Under the pieces are notes generated by a model. It did not search any database, had not been told where the DNA came from, and saw only the letters and a program-made list of their open reading frames with translations. Below, piece after piece: positions 1-15,174 of a DNA stretch of 64,000 nt (position 1 is its first letter; each line of letters starts with the position of its first letter). The translations under genes were made by a program, and so were the position numbers. Source of the stretch: Eledone cirrhosa (Eukaryota). The stretch covers positions 1,612,001-1,676,000 of the forward strand of contig OZ024748.1 in the NCBI GenBank assembly GCA_964016885.1, given 5' to 3'.

Positions 1-519
1 AATCAGCAGAAGACTTTAACAGAATTAAGATTACATCCCACCCATCAGAGAAACTAGGAGGAAGAAATTTCCATAGGACGCAGATGTTTAAGGAAAGAAA
101 CTATGAGAGTAGATAGACGGGTTACTCGATTAGCAAGCTTAAGTGGCCAAACAAGTAAATAAACTCACCTCTCTACCCCATCCACTTAGCCATTCTTAAT
201 CTCTTTCATCCTCTCTATTGGTTTACTATTGTTGCTTCTATTTAGTAGACCTCTTCATCTAGACCGGCTTCTTTTGATTATTTATTTCTCATTAAACCGC
301 TATCTAATTTCATTGTTATTTTTTTTTTCATTATATACCTATCTTTTGTTATTTGTCTCTTTCAGCTAATTAACTACGTGCTCTAATTATCTCTTTCAAT
401 CTCTTGTAATTTGTCATAATTAAGTTCTTGTTATTCAATCTGTCTATTTAGTTAAATATCTTTTATCATCTAGACAAAACACTTTCTGCTAGTGTCTCAG
501 GCAGGATATGTATACTTCC

Positions 520-680
520 CTGGCATGGCTGAATAATTAAGAAGCTCGCTTTGCAACCACGAGGCCCTGGGTTCGATCCCACTGCATGGCATCTTGAGCA
601 AGTGTTTTTACTATAGTCTTCTATCAACCCAAGTCTTGTGAATGAAATTGGGTAGACAGAAACTGTGGAAGCCTGACAGA
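520..680 (+). mobile_element. tRNA-derived SINE with CORE-like centre, degenerate
   Basis: B-box-like GGTTCGATCCC followed by CORE-like 'cttgagcaagtgttttt-actatag'; related pieces recur at ~56030-56110 and ~60890-61140. Boundaries approximate. Confidence 0.6.
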
Positions 681-866
681 GGGACTAAACTGTACTGTAC
701 TTGTTATCAAAGGTCTTGCTTGAGTATTGTAAATATCGTGTTATGTGAGTTTAGCTTAATGAATGATACATGTCTGGAATACTCAACCACGTACATTCAT
801 AAGTTAGATGTAGAATTGATTAAACAAGTGTCTGCTCATCATTGAAACTGATGGAGGATCCATCCA

Positions 867-900
<34 letters not shown>

Positions 901-1278
901 ATCTCATGTATACATGTGTAGTTTACTTTAGCCTTCTTCAGCTCAGCATGATGTGAGCTTCTGAAAGAAATTTTGCAAGGAGGAACAAGACTTCTCACCA
1001 GTCTCTGGATGGCTGGAGAAGCGCCTCTCAAACATTAGGGATGTGTGTGTGTGCACTCAGTCACGGTTGTTGAAATATAAGATTATTGTGTTCTCTGATC
1101 AATTGACAAGATCCCAGACCTCACGATTTCGAATCCAACACTCTAACCACTAAGCCACACACCTTCGTGAGATTATAAATAACAACAAACATTTACTGAT
1201 GAAATGACTCACTTGTAAAGTCAAATTTATTGATCATATTAGATTGACTATATATGCATCATATATATATATACATCA

Positions 1279-1313
<35 letters not shown>

Positions 1314-1338
1314 TCATCATCACCATTTAACGTCATAA

Positions 1339-1528
1339 GGGTGCTGGATTGGCAGTATCGGTAGAGGGTCGGACGCCATGCTTTGCAGCACAGTTACATC
1401 CCTTTACGGACTGAGTTCAAATCCCACCGAGGTTAACTTTGCCTTTCATCCTTACGGGGTCGATAAAATAAAGTACCAGTAATACACTGGGATAATTGCT
1501 GGTTTTGTGCCAAAAGTAGAAACAATTA
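1339..1528 (+). mobile_element. tRNA-derived SINE, major family of this window
   Basis: A-box-like TGGCAGTATCGG, B-box GAGTTCAAATCC, conserved centre 'gaggttaactttgcctttcatccttacggggtcgataaaataaagtaccag' and tail 'gtgccaaaagtagaaacaattat'; more than a dozen copies in the window on both strands. Confidence 0.85.
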
Positions 1529-2139
1529 TATATATATATATGATGTAACATCAGATTTCATTTTTCTTTGGTATTTCTAATAATTGATTACAGAATAATT
1601 AACAAGTCTAAATTAGAAATTATATTTGAATTACTCTAATTACAAATTAAACAGAAACCAGCCTGGAGAGGGTGGGGAGTGTGGATGCGATTTATTTTAA
1701 AAAAATTTTTTTTTTTTTTAATTTATTTTTTTTTTTTTATGTGTAAATGATTGTAATTGGAATGGTTGCTATTTCCGTGCTTTTTTCTTTGAAAACTTAT
1801 AAACTATAAAAATATAATAAACATGGTATAATGATAACCTTTCTTGTGCTGATCCATGATAAAATGCACTCAATACACTTTGTTAGTCACAGATACCAAA
1901 AATGGTAAAGTGGGTTCTTTGTCATGTCGAAGACTTGACGATGTCTCTAGTGCTGGTGCCATGATAAAATGTACCCAGTACACTCTGTTAGGTTAAGGAG
2001 GGATATCTAGTCATATATACCATTCTAAAAGAGTATATGTCCTTCCTAACACCAAAAAACACACCCTGTACAACCTTACAGGGTGTACAGGGTGTGTTTT
2101 TTGTTTTTGGTAGCACCAGCAGTACTACTTTACGAGGTT

Positions 2140-3355
2140 CAGCACTTCCACTTTACAGGGTTCACTAGGTGTGTATTATTGCGGGACCAGCACTTCCACT
2201 TTACAGGGTTCACTAGGTGTGTATTATTGAGGGACCAGCATTCCCACTTTACAGGGTTCACTAGGTGTGTATTATTGAGGGACCAGCACTTCCACTTTAC
2301 AGGGTTCACTAGGTGTGTATTATTGAGGTACCAGCACTCCCACTTTACAGGGTTCACTAGGTGTGTATTATTGAGGTACCAGCACTTCCACTTTACAGGG
2401 TTCACTAGGTGTGTATTATTGCGGGACCAGCACTCCCACTTTACAGGGTTCACTAGGTGTGTATTATTGAGGTACCAGCATTCCCACTTTACAGGGTTCA
2501 CTAGGTGTGTATTATTGAGGGACCAGCACTCCCACTTTACAGGGTTCACTAGGTGTGTATTATTGCGGGACCAGCACTTCCACTTTACAGGGTTCACTAT
2601 GTGTGTATTATTGAGGTACCAGCACTCCCACTTTACAGGGTTCACTAGGTGTGTATTATTGAGGTACCAGCACTTCCACTTTACAGGGTTCACTATGTGT
2701 GTATTATTGAGGTACCAGCACTCCCACTTTACAGGGTTCACTAGGTGTGTATTATTGAGGTACCAGCATTCCCACTTTACAGGGTTCACTAGGTGTGTAT
2801 TATTGAGGGACCAGCACTCCCACTTTACAGGGTTCACTAGGTGTGTATTATTGCGGGACCAGCACTTCCACTTTACAGGGTTCACTATGTGTGTATTATT
2901 GAGGTACCAGCACTCCCACTTTACAGGGTTCACTAGGTGTGTATTATTGAGGTACCAGCACTTCCACTTTACAGGGTTCACTATGTGTGTATTATTGAGG
3001 TACCAGCACTCCCACTTTACAGGGTTCACTAGGTGTGTATTATTGAGGGACCAGCACTTCCACTTTACAGGGTTCACTAGGTGTGTATTATTGAGGTACC
3101 AGCACTTCCACTTTACAGGGTTCACTAGGTGTGTATTATTGAGGGACCAGCACTTCCACTTTACAGGGTTCACTAGGTGTGTATTATTGAGGTACCAGCA
3201 CTTCCACTTTACAGGGTTCACTAGGTGTGTATTATTGAGGTACCAGCACTTCCACTTTACAGGGTTCACTAGGTGTGTATTATTGAGGTACCAGCACTTC
3301 CACTTTACAGGGTTCACTAGGTGTGTATTATTGAGGGACCAGCATTCCCACTTCC
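2140..3355. repeat. 48-bp minisatellite, ~25 copies
   Basis: Unit cagcacttccactttacagggttcactaggtgtgtattattgagggac (copies start at 2140, 2188, ...); explains the 16-aa periodic ORFs on both strands. Confidence 0.97.
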
Positions 3356-4577
3356 ATGCCAGCATAGAAAAGTGGATGTAAAATGATGTAATGGTGACAT
3401 AAACACACACATATATCAACACACACATATACAAATAAACATATTAACATGCACACAAACATGTGAATAAACACGCGCGCACACACACACATAAATAAAT
3501 ACATCCTTTAAAACTTCCATGCTTCCTGAAACTTGCCAACACTACACCTGATATCCCCCTCCATACATACGCACACATGTATATAATAACTCATACACTG
3601 TTCACTTCCCTGACATTTCTACATTATTCTCTCTACTATACATGCACCTTTGATGAGTTGTAGTGCACCTGGGCACTGTACACAATAATTTCATTATTAT
3701 TATATGTGTACTGTCCTTAATGTCTACTTTATGTAAACCCTTGTGGTTAATAAAGAAAGCATTATATTATATGTGTACTCACACACACACAAATCTAGAA
3801 AAATAATTGTTTGGTTTGTTATTGCCCATAGCCTACTGTTTGTCTGCAATGGAGGTTCGGGGAAGGATGAGGATGGTGGGGTGATCCATAATTACTGTAA
3901 TTATGTTGGCAATCAGAGGAAATACATGGGCAGAGAGGAAGTTGCAGGGTGATGCAGGTTATTATTATTATTATTACCATTATTATAATTATTATTATTA
4001 TTAGTATTGTTTATTATTTATTATTTTTTTGTTTTAGCTAACAAGATAATTAGAGCGTGGAGTTGTGAATGTCTCACTGAAGCTAACAAGATAATTAGAG
4101 CGTGGAGTTGTGAATGTCTCACTGAAGCTAACAAAAAGAAAAAAAATCAGAGCAGCATCCATTAGTTTTAGTATAAAGATATAATGACTAAGGATGGTAG
4201 AACAGAGGTGGAGTTGGTGGGGGTGGGAGGTTTGTCAAGTGATTAGTAGAGGCACACACGGTAGAGGAGCATGATGGAGGCACATGGTAGAGGACCATGG
4301 TAAAGGAACATAGGGAAGGCACACTTGGTAGAGGTGCACATGAACCTCCAATGTTTACTAGGTGCACATTGGAGGCACACGGTAGAGGTGCATGGAGCAG
4401 GCACATGGTAGAGGTTCATGGTGGAAGCACATAGTAGAGGAGCATGAAGAAGGCACACTTGGTAGAGGGGCACATGGTGGAGGCACTAGGTAGAGGCATC
4501 ACAACATGTTAGCTGTCACATTGGCCCTCAGCTGTCTTTTCTTTTCATAGGAAGAACATTTGGCTAAATTGTATTAA

Positions 4578-4854
4578 CCCTTTAGCATTTACATTACTCT
4601 ATATATACTATTGTATTTTCATGGTAAAGACTTTACCTCACATAATATCTCATTTAACATTTACATTACTCTATATATACTATTGTATTTTCATGGTAAA
4701 GACTTTACCTCACATAATATCGAATCTATGAGATTTTGATATTTATTTTGAGAACAATACCTTAACATCAGTATAAGCTGCCAGTTTCAGCCAGTTTGAA
4801 CAGAAAGAGGTGAGAGAATTCTGGCCGGATATGGCTGGTTTAAATGCTAAAGGG
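4578..4854. mobile_element. MITE with TTAA target duplication (piggyBac-type ends)
   Basis: TTAA|CCCTTTAGCATTTA ... TAAATGCTAAAGGG|TTAA; internal ~70-bp duplication; second copy at ~25470-25650, partial copy at ~28343. Confidence 0.8.
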
Positions 4855-5179
4855 TTAATTTGGAATCAATATTACTGGAGCTCTTGTAATGTTTATTGTT
4901 TTGTATGTACTAAGATATAACACAGATTGTGATAATGAATATATATATTAGATAAAGAAAAGGCATGTATCTATTGTTGATATATCTAGTTAATATTTTG
5001 ATATTGTGATATCAAGTGAATATATTTTGACCTAATTGCATTGATTACACTTATCAAATATTATCCCATTATATTGATAGTAGCAACAGATAAAAATCAA
5101 TTATCAAATTCTTCTCAATTTTTGACATGAATGCTTTTTGTTGTTTCTCTTTCACTCAATTTTCTCACCATCCTTTCTT

Positions 5180-5641
5180 ATATATACACCCATATATGTG
5201 TATGTATGTATATATTGTGTATATATGTATATATATATGGATGTGTATATGTGTATATATATTATATATGTGTGTATATATATTATATATGTGTGTATAT
5301 ATATTATATATGTGTGTGTGTATATATTATATATATATGGGTGTGTATATATGTATATATATGTATATGTTTATATGTTTATATAATGTGTATATATACA
5401 TATATATGTGTATATATACATATGTATAAGTATATATATGTATATATATATATGTGTGTGTGTATATATGTGTGTGTATATATATATCTGTGTATATATG
5501 TGTGTGTGTATATATATATCTGTGTGTATATATGTGTATATATATATATGTATGTCTATATATGCTTATATTCAGATCTATGTGTGTATATATGTGTATA
5601 TATATGTTTGTATATATGCATATATATTTATATACATGTGT

Positions 5642-5672
<31 letters not shown>
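5180..5672. repeat. (TA)n/(TG)n compound microsatellite
   Basis: Direct inspection. Confidence 0.95.
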
Positions 5673-6272
5673 CTAGTGTCAGGTCACTAGTTGGTGCTAC
5701 TGGTAACATGTATCCCAGTACAACCTGTCCCATGGTCGGGTCGTTGGCGACTAAACTGACAACCCCACCAACGTTTCTTGGTGAGGAGGGTGACTTTGGA
5801 CATCCTGCACGACTAAAAACAAAACCTGTCAAAGGGGAAAGGAGCTCTTAAGAGTCAATGGCCATCCAAAATCACCGGGAGAGATGACCCCTTAGCCTTT
5901 GACAAGGCAGAATTCTAGGAGAAGGAAAACTCTGATATAACACCTGCAACCCCGATGGTATCCAATGATGTTGACTTGTTCTTCTTTTTGGTAAATATCA
6001 TCTTGGTTAAGAGAGTGGGACTGGCTTTGTGCAGTGCCTTTGCTCACTATAAAATCTTCACGGCACAGGCATTGCTTTATATCTGGAGATCTCTCTGCAC
6101 GTGTCATCACAGGGTACCATGGGCCCAGTACTATGTGTCAATAATTGTCACAAGTGTAGTGTTTGTACCAGAGTTTTCAAGTCGCTGGCTGGACTCGTTC
6201 AGCGCATCGGTAGGGGTTCTCCTACATGGATATAAAGTAGTGGCCGTACTCGAAAACGAGTTGGCAGCCACC
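5673..6272. mobile_element. Probable LINE 5'-region fragments inserted between (TA)n tracts
   Basis: Non-repetitive, more GC-rich block bounded by (TA)n; contains 'ctaggagaaggaaaactctga', resembling RTE 5' UTR sequence. Family not securely assigned. Confidence 0.4.
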
Positions 6273-6374
6273 ATATATATATATGTATGTATGTATATAT
6301 ATGTATATATATATGTATGCATGCACCATTGAATTAATTCCATTATTCTTTCTTTGTTTCTTTTTTATTACCAT

Positions 6375-6560
6375 GTGGATTGGCAGTATCGGTAGAGCGT
6401 CGGACACCATGCTGTGCAGCACAGTTACATCCCTTTATGGACTGAGTTCAAATCCCGCCGAGGTTAACTTTGCCTTTCATCCTTACGGGGTCGATAAAAT
6501 AAAGTACCAGTAATGCACTGGGTAATTGCTGGCCTTGTGCCAAAAGTAGAAACAATTATT
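6375..6560 (+). mobile_element. tRNA-derived SINE (same family as 1339-1528)
   Basis: Near-identical to the 1339 copy: A/B boxes, central domain and tail. Confidence 0.85.
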
Positions 6561-6683
6561 CCTAAGAATATCATTGGTCTTTTGTTGTACATTAACAACC
6601 TGTTTCATTGATACTTTAAATACATACATAGTTGCAAACAGACACACATGCATACATTATATATATAGACATACACACATACA

Positions 6684-6726
<43 letters not shown>

Positions 6727-7349
6727 AGAGAGATAGACACATGCATACATAAATATATAGACACACACACACATATATATATAGATACATATGCATATAT
6801 GCACACACATGAATACATATATCGACACAAACATACACATCCATATATATATATAGACATATGCATACATACTAACACATCCTTAGAGATATTAATATAT
6901 AGTTATACACACACACATAAATACATATATAGACACATAAATACATACATGCAGATATATGCTTACAAACACACATCCCTGTATGAGCGCGTGTGTGTAT
7001 GTATGAATATGTCTGTGTGTGTGTGTATTGCACCATTTTCATTAAAAAATCAACTTAATTACATCTGAATAATGATTGTTTTTAGTTTTTTAATATATTT
7101 TTTTATTTTTCACCCATTCTCCTTCTAAAGTTATAATTAATTTTGCTACATGGGAGATGTATGTATGTATGTATATGTATGTATGTATATGTATGTATAT
7201 GTATGTATGTATATGTATATATGTATATATATATGTATATATATGTGGAGAGGAGAATGTTCAGAGAGAGAGAGGTAGGTGTGTATGGAGAATACTGAGA
7301 GGGGGGGGGGGGTGGAAAGGATATTGAGAGGTGTGGAGAATATTAGGAG

Positions 7350-7993
7350 GTGTGTGTGTGGAGGATACTGAGAGGAGTGTGTGTGTGTGTGGAGGATACT
7401 GAGAGGAGTGTGTGTGTGTGTGGAGGATACTGAGAGGAGTGTGTGTGTGTGTGGAGGATACTGAGAGGAGTGTGTGTGTGTGTGGAGGATACTGAGAGGA
7501 GTGTGTGTGTGTGTGGAGGATACTGAGAGGAGTGTGTGTGTGTGTGGAGGATACTGAGAGGAGTGTGTGTGTGTGTGGAGGATACTGAGAGGAGTGTGTG
7601 TGTGTGGAGGATACTGAGAGGTGTGTGTGTGTGTGTGTGTGTGTGGAGGATACTGAGAGGAGTGTGTGTGTGTGTGTGTGGAGGATACTGAGAGGAGTGT
7701 GTGTGTGTGTGTGGAGGATACTGAGAGGAGTGTGTGTGTGTGTGTGTGTGTGGAGGATACTGAGAGGTGTGTGTGTGTGGAGGATACTGAGAGGAGTGTG
7801 TGTGTGTGTGTGTGGAGGATACTGAGAGGAGTGTGTGTGTGTGTGTGTGGAGGATACTGAGAGGAGTGTGTGTGTGTGGAGGATACTGAGAGGAGTGTGT
7901 GTGTGTGTGGAGGATACTGAGAGGTGTGTGTGTGTGTGTGTGTGGAGGATACTGAGAGGAGTGTGTGTGTGTGTGTGTGGAGGATACTGAGAG

Positions 7994-8024
<31 letters not shown>

Positions 8025-8038
8025 GAGGATACTGAGAG

Positions 8039-8072
<34 letters not shown>

Positions 8073-8114
8073 AGGATACTGAGAGGAGTGTGTGTGTGTG
8101 GAGGATACTGAGAG

Positions 8115-8145
<31 letters not shown>

Positions 8146-8396
8146 GAGGATACTGAGAGGAGTGTGTGTGTGTGGAGGATACTGAGAGGAGTGTGTGTGT
8201 GTGTGGAGGATACTGAGAGGAGTGTGTGTGTGTGTGTGTGTGTGGAGGATACTGAGAGGAGTGTGTGTGTGTGTGTGTGTGGAGGATACTGAGAGGAGTG
8301 TGTGTGTGTGTGTGTGTGGAGGATACTGAGAGGAGTGTGTGTGTGTGGAGGATACTGAGAGGAGTGTGTGTGTGTGTGTGTGGAGGATACTGAGAG

Positions 8397-8427
<31 letters not shown>

Positions 8428-8441
8428 GAGGATACTGAGAG

Positions 8442-8475
<34 letters not shown>

Positions 8476-8488
8476 AGGATACTGAGAG

Positions 8489-8519
<31 letters not shown>

Positions 8520-8533
8520 GAGGATACTGAGAG

Positions 8534-8567
<34 letters not shown>

Positions 8568-9697
8568 AGGATACTGAGAGGAGTGTGTGTGTGTGTGTGT
8601 GTGTGGAGGATACTGAGAGGAGTGTGTGTGTGTGTGTGTGTGTGTGGAGGATACTGAGAGGAGTGTGTGTGTGTGTGTGTGTGTGTGGAGGATACTGAGA
8701 GGAGTGTGTGTGTGTGTGTGTGGAGGATACTGAGAGGAGTGTGTGTGTGTGTGTGTGTGGAGGATACTGAGAGGAGTGTGTGTGGAGGATACTGAGAGGA
8801 GTGTGTGTGTGTGTGTGTGGAGGATACTGAGAGCAGTGTGTGTGTGTGTGTGTGGAGGATACTGAGAGGTGTGTGTGTGTGTGTGGAGGATACTGAGAGG
8901 TGTGTGTGTGTGTGTGGAGGATACTGAGAGGAGTGTGTGTGTGTGTGTGTGTGGAGGATACTGAGAGGAGTGTGTGTGGAGGATACTGAGAGGAGTGTGT
9001 GTGTGTGGAGGATACTGAGAGGAGTGTGTGTGTGTGTGTGTGTGGAGGATACTGAGAGGAGTGTGTGTGTGTGTGGAGGATACTGAGAGGAGTGTGTGTG
9101 TGTGTGGAGGATACTGAGAGGAGTGTGTGTGTGTGTGTGGAGGATACTGAGAGGAGTGTGTGTGTGGAGGATACTGAGAGGAGTGTGTGTGTGGAGGATA
9201 CTGAGAGGAGTGTGTGTGTGTGTGTGTGGAGGATACTGAGAGGTGTGTGTGTGTGTGTGGAGGATACTGAGAGGTGTGTGTGTGTGTGTGGAGGATACTG
9301 AGAGGAGTGTGTGTGTGTGTGTGGAGGATACTGAGAGGTGTGTGTGTGTGTGTGGAGGATACTGAGAGGAGTGTGTGTGTGTGTGTGTGGAGGATACTGA
9401 GAGGTGTGTGTGTGTGTGTGGAGGATACTGAGAGGTGTGTGTGTGTGTGTGGAGGATACTGAGAGGTGTGTGTGTGTGTGTGTGTGGAGGATACTGAGAG
9501 GAGTGTGTGTGTGTGTGGAGGATACTGAGAGGAGTGTGTGTGTGTGTGTGGAGGATACTGAGAGGAGTGTGTGTGTGTGTGTGTGTGGAGGATACTGAGA
9601 GGAGTGTGTGTGTGTGTGTGTGTGGAGGATACTGAGAGGAGTGTGTGTGTGTGTGTGGAGGATACTGAGAGGAGTGTGTGTGTGTGTGTGTGTGTGT
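7350..9697. repeat. Composite minisatellite: GGAGGATACTGAGAGGA + variable-length (GT)n
   Basis: Nearly invariant 15-17-bp core separated by (GT)n tracts of variable length over ~2.3 kb. Confidence 0.97.
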
Positions 9698-10174
9698 GCT
9701 GTTTTGATAATAGTGTAAAAGGAAGAAGAGAAAGGAAGGGAGAGTAAAAAAGAGGAAAAAACGAGGAAAAGAAAAAAAAAGTTAGTAACAAGAGAGAGAG
9801 AGGAAAGAGTTAGTGGAGAGACAGATGAGAAGAGGGGGTGGGTGGGAGAGAAGAGGGGAGTGGGTGGGAGAGAAGAGGGGTGGGGTGGGGGTGAAAGAAC
9901 AGTGTTTTGGAAATGAGAGGATTTGATGAAAAATGAGACAGGAGAAATGGATCTGGATGGAAATGAAGAAATTGGGAGAGATGTGGGTGTGGAAGGGGTG
10001 AATTAGAGAGGGAGGGAGTGAGAGAGAGGGAGAGAGGGAGTGAGAGAGAGGGAGTGAGAGAGAGGGAGTGAGAGAGAGGGAGTGAGAGAGAGGGAGTGAG
10101 ACTGGGAGATGAAGTGATGGGACAATGTTAATGTCATGTTGAAAGAGTTAGGGAAAAATGGGAGGGGGTTGCAT

Positions 10175-11553
10175 ATAGAGTGATAGGTAGAGTGGTGGGT
10201 AGAGTGATCTAGATAGGTAGAGTGGTGGGTAGAGTGATCTAGATAGGTAGAGTGGTGGGTAGAGTGATAGGTAGAGTGGTGGGTAGAGTGGTGGGTAGAG
10301 TGATAGGTAGAGTGGTGGGTAGAGTGATCTAGATAGGTAGAGTGGTGGGTAGAGTGATCTAGATAGGTAGAGTGGTGGGTAGAGTGATCTAGATAGGTAG
10401 AGTGGTGGGTAGAGTGATAGGTAGAGTGGTGGGTAGAGTGATAGGTAGAGTGGTGGGTAGAGTGGTGGGTAGAGTGATAGGTAGAGTGATCTAGATAGGT
10501 AGAGTGGTGGGTAGAGTGATAGGTAGAGTGGTGGGTAGAGTGATAGGTAGAGTGGTGGGTAGAGTGATAGGTAGAGTGGTGGGTAGAGTGGTGGGTAGAG
10601 TGATAGGTAGAGTGATCTAGATAGGTAGAGTGGTGGGTAGAGTGATAGGTAGAGTGGTGGGTAGAGTGATAGGTAGAGTGGTGGGTAGAGTGGTGGGTAG
10701 AGTGATAGGTAGAGTGGTGGGTAGAGTGGTGGGTAGAGTGATAGGTAGAGTGGTGGGTAGAGTGATAGGTAGAGCGGTGGGTAGAGTGGTGGGTAGAGTG
10801 ATAGGTAGACAGATCTAGATAGGTAGAGTGGTGGGTAGAGTGGTGGGTAGAGTGGTGGGTAGAGTGATAGGTAGAGTGGTGGGTAGAGTGGTGGGTAGAG
10901 TGATAGGTAGAGTGGTGGGTAGAGTGGTGGGTAGAGTGATAGGTAGAGTGGTGGGTAGAGTGGTGGGTAGAGTGATAGGTAGAGTGGTGGGTAGAGTGGT
11001 GGGTAGAGTGATAGGTAGAGTGGTGGGTAGAGTGATAGGTAGAGTGGTGGGTAGAGTGGTGGGTAGAGTGATAGGTAGAGTGGTGGGTAGAGTGATAGGT
11101 AGAGCGGTGGGTAGAGTGGTGGGTAGAGTGATAGGTAGACAGATCTAGATAGGTAGAGTGGTGGGTAGAGTGGTGGGTAGAGTGGTGGGTAGAGTGATAG
11201 GTAGAGTGGTGGGTAGAGTGGTGGGTAGAGTGATAGGTAGAGTGGTGGGTAGAGTGGTGGGTAGAGTGATAGGTAGAGTGGTGGGTAGAGTGATCTAGAT
11301 AGGTAGAGTGGTGGGTAGAGTGATAGGTAGACAGATCTAGATAGGTAGAGTGGTGGGTAGAGTGGTGGGTAGAGTGGTGGGTAGACAGATCTAGATAGGT
11401 AGAGTGGTGGGTAGAGTGGTGGGTAGACAGATCTAGATAGGTAGAGTGGTGGGTAGAGTGGTGGGTAGACAGATCTAGATAGGTAGAGTGGTGGGTAGAG
11501 TGATCTAGATAGGTAGAGTGGTGGGTAGAGTGATCTAGATAGGTAGAGTGATA
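10175..11553. repeat. G-rich 12-bp-based minisatellite (GTAGAGTGGTGG / GTAGAGTGATAG variants)
   Basis: Interspersed unit variants incl. gtagagtgatctagatag; the HST-repeat ORF on the minus strand is a by-product. Confidence 0.95.
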
Positions 11554-11679
11554 GATTAATTGATTGATTGACAAAATGGTAGAAAGTGATAGGACTGAAA
11601 TGGAATTGTGATTGGGAAAGAGAAATAGGAGACTAGAAAATAGGGAGATGGGACAGTTGAGTGAGGGAGAGAGAGAGAC

Positions 11680-12440
11680 ATATCTGTTAGATAGATAGAG
11701 GACATCTGTGAGAGGACATCTGTCAGATAGAGAGATATAGAGATATATCTGTTATATAGAGAGATATAGAGAGATATATCTGTTATATAGAGAGAGATAG
11801 ATAGATATATATCTGTTATATAGAGAGATAGATAGATATATATCTGTTATATAGAGAGATAGATAGATATATATCTGTTATATAGAGAGATATAGAGATA
11901 TATATCTGTTATATAGAGAGATATAGAGAGATATATCTGTTATATAGAGAGATATAGAGATATATATCTGTTAGATAGATAGAGAGAGATAGAGATATAT
12001 CTGTTATATAGAGAGATATAGAGATATATATCTGTTATATAGAGAGATATATCTGTTATATAGAGAGATATAGAGATATATATCTGTTAGATAGAGAGAG
12101 ATAGAGATATATCTGTTATATAGAGAGATATAGAGATATATATCTGTTAGATAGAGAGATATATCTGTTATATAGAGAGATATAGAGATATATATCTGTT
12201 AGATAGAGAGAGATAGATAGATATATATCTGTTAGATAGAGAGATATAGAGATATATATCTGTTAGATAGAGAGATATAGATAGATATATATCTGTTAGA
12301 TAGATAGACATATCTGTCATATAGATATATAGACAGCTCAATAGTTGTCATATATGATAGATAGATACATAGATATATAGATAGATACATAGATATATAT
12401 ATAGATAGACAGACAATTCAATAGAGAGACATCTGTTAGA
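11680..12440. repeat. ATATATCTGTTA(T/G)ATAGAGAG degenerate satellite
   Basis: Direct inspection. Confidence 0.9.
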
Positions 12441-13100
12441 TATGTTTCTTTATTAGCCACAGGGGTACAAAAGAAGGGGACAAATACAAAGGGGGAAGTT
12501 TACATACAATAAACACGTGTAAAATACTATCACAAATGCAATTTAAAAATTAATCGATTTTCCCCAATAGGGGGGAGACATTACATGTGGGTAACACATA
12601 CCCCTGAAAAAAATGTGCAACCCTCATCTCCAGGAGTACGAAGAGTGAGTACCCTTCCTCTCTTCCTCTTATGATAGATAGGTAGATAGGTAGGTAAGGT
12701 AGGGCTGTAGGTAGGTAGGTAGGTAAAGTTTGTTGGGTGGATAGATATAGGATGGAAATGAGTGAGAGAGGGAGAAGAGGTGGCTAGAGATTAGAGAGGG
12801 AGATAGAGATATAAGAAACTGAAAGGATTTAATGAAAAGGAGAAAAAAAAGACTGTAAGGGAGTGTTAGAGGGAGAGTGGTCGGTGAGGGTGAGAGGAAG
12901 GATATATTGAAGTGAGTTGTTTTTTTAGATAGGAGAGGAAGGGGAGGGGGGGGGGAGAACAACAGCAACAACAACAACAGTCCACTGTATAGAGAGGAAA
13001 GACAGTCCATTGTGTATCGGCGGTGAAGCTGAGAAATCAGTTATTCCCAGAAGTCAATCAACTGAACAACAGGTTCAATTCCACCTCACACCCCTCCGCC

Positions 13101-14495
<1,395 letters not shown>

Positions 14496-14709
14496 CCCAC
14501 CACCACCGTGTGCATCCCCCCCCCCCCCCGTCATATTTACATTGCCTTCATAACATACTGCTCTTTTCTCTTGCAATAAAACACATTCTGTTGTGGGGGA
14601 CACTGTTGTTATTTTTAATCTAGAGTTAAAGGGGAGGTGGTGGGGGGGGGGGGTTTAGTTGTTTGAAGGGGGTGGGGTGGGGAAAGATCCGGTTGTGTTT
14701 GGATGTAGA

Positions 14710-15077
14710 GGGTGGTGGTAGTGGTGGTGGTGGTGGGGGTGGTTGTAAGTGGTATTGATAGTGGTGGTTGTAGTGGAGGTAGTAGTAGTGGTGATAGTAG
14801 AGTAGTGGTAGTGGTAGTAGTGGTAGTGGTAGTGGAGGTAGTAGTAGTAGTGGTGGTGGAGGTAGTAGTAGTAGTAGTGGTGGTGGTGGTGGTAATGGAG
14901 GTAGTAGTGATAGTAGTAGTAGTGGTAGTGGAGGTAGTAGTGATAGTAGTGGTAGTGGAGGTATTAGTGATAGTAGTAATAGTAGTGGTGGTGGTGGAGG
15001 TAGTAGTAGTAGTAGTAGTGGTAGTGGTAGTGGTGGTGGTAGTGGAGGTGGTGGTGGTGGTAGTAGTAGTGGTGGTG
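14710..15077. repeat. (GTA/GTG)n trinucleotide repeat
   Basis: Direct inspection. Confidence 0.9.
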
Positions 15078-15174
15078 ACAGTAGAGCAGGGATGGAGGCA
15101 ACTTGTTTTTCTTCATTTGTTATTTTCATTTACCTCTTTTTTAACTTTTATTATTTTTAAGTATCGTTAGAGCT

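Noticed and set aside
1339-1450. tRNA genes suggested by A/B boxes
   Set aside because: No cloverleaf; the boxes are heads of multi-copy SINEs.
2083-3434. Overlapping 432/431-aa ORFs on both strands
   Set aside because: 16-aa periodicity simply reflects the 48-bp minisatellite; no splice signals or domain features.
5676-5765. HDV-like ribozyme at a LINE 5' end (ACC-loop-GGT ... GGCGACTAA)
   Set aside because: Could not identify a P1 5' strand or a convincing nested double pseudoknot by eye.
7350-9697. CRISPR-like array of constant repeats with variable spacers
   Set aside because: Spacers are only (GT)n, the repeat is 17 bp, there are no cas genes and the context is eukaryotic.
10003-11574. 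523-aa HST-repeat ORF, or a telomere-like G-rich array
   Set aside because: 12-bp minisatellite translation; the unit is not TTAGGG-like and is internal.
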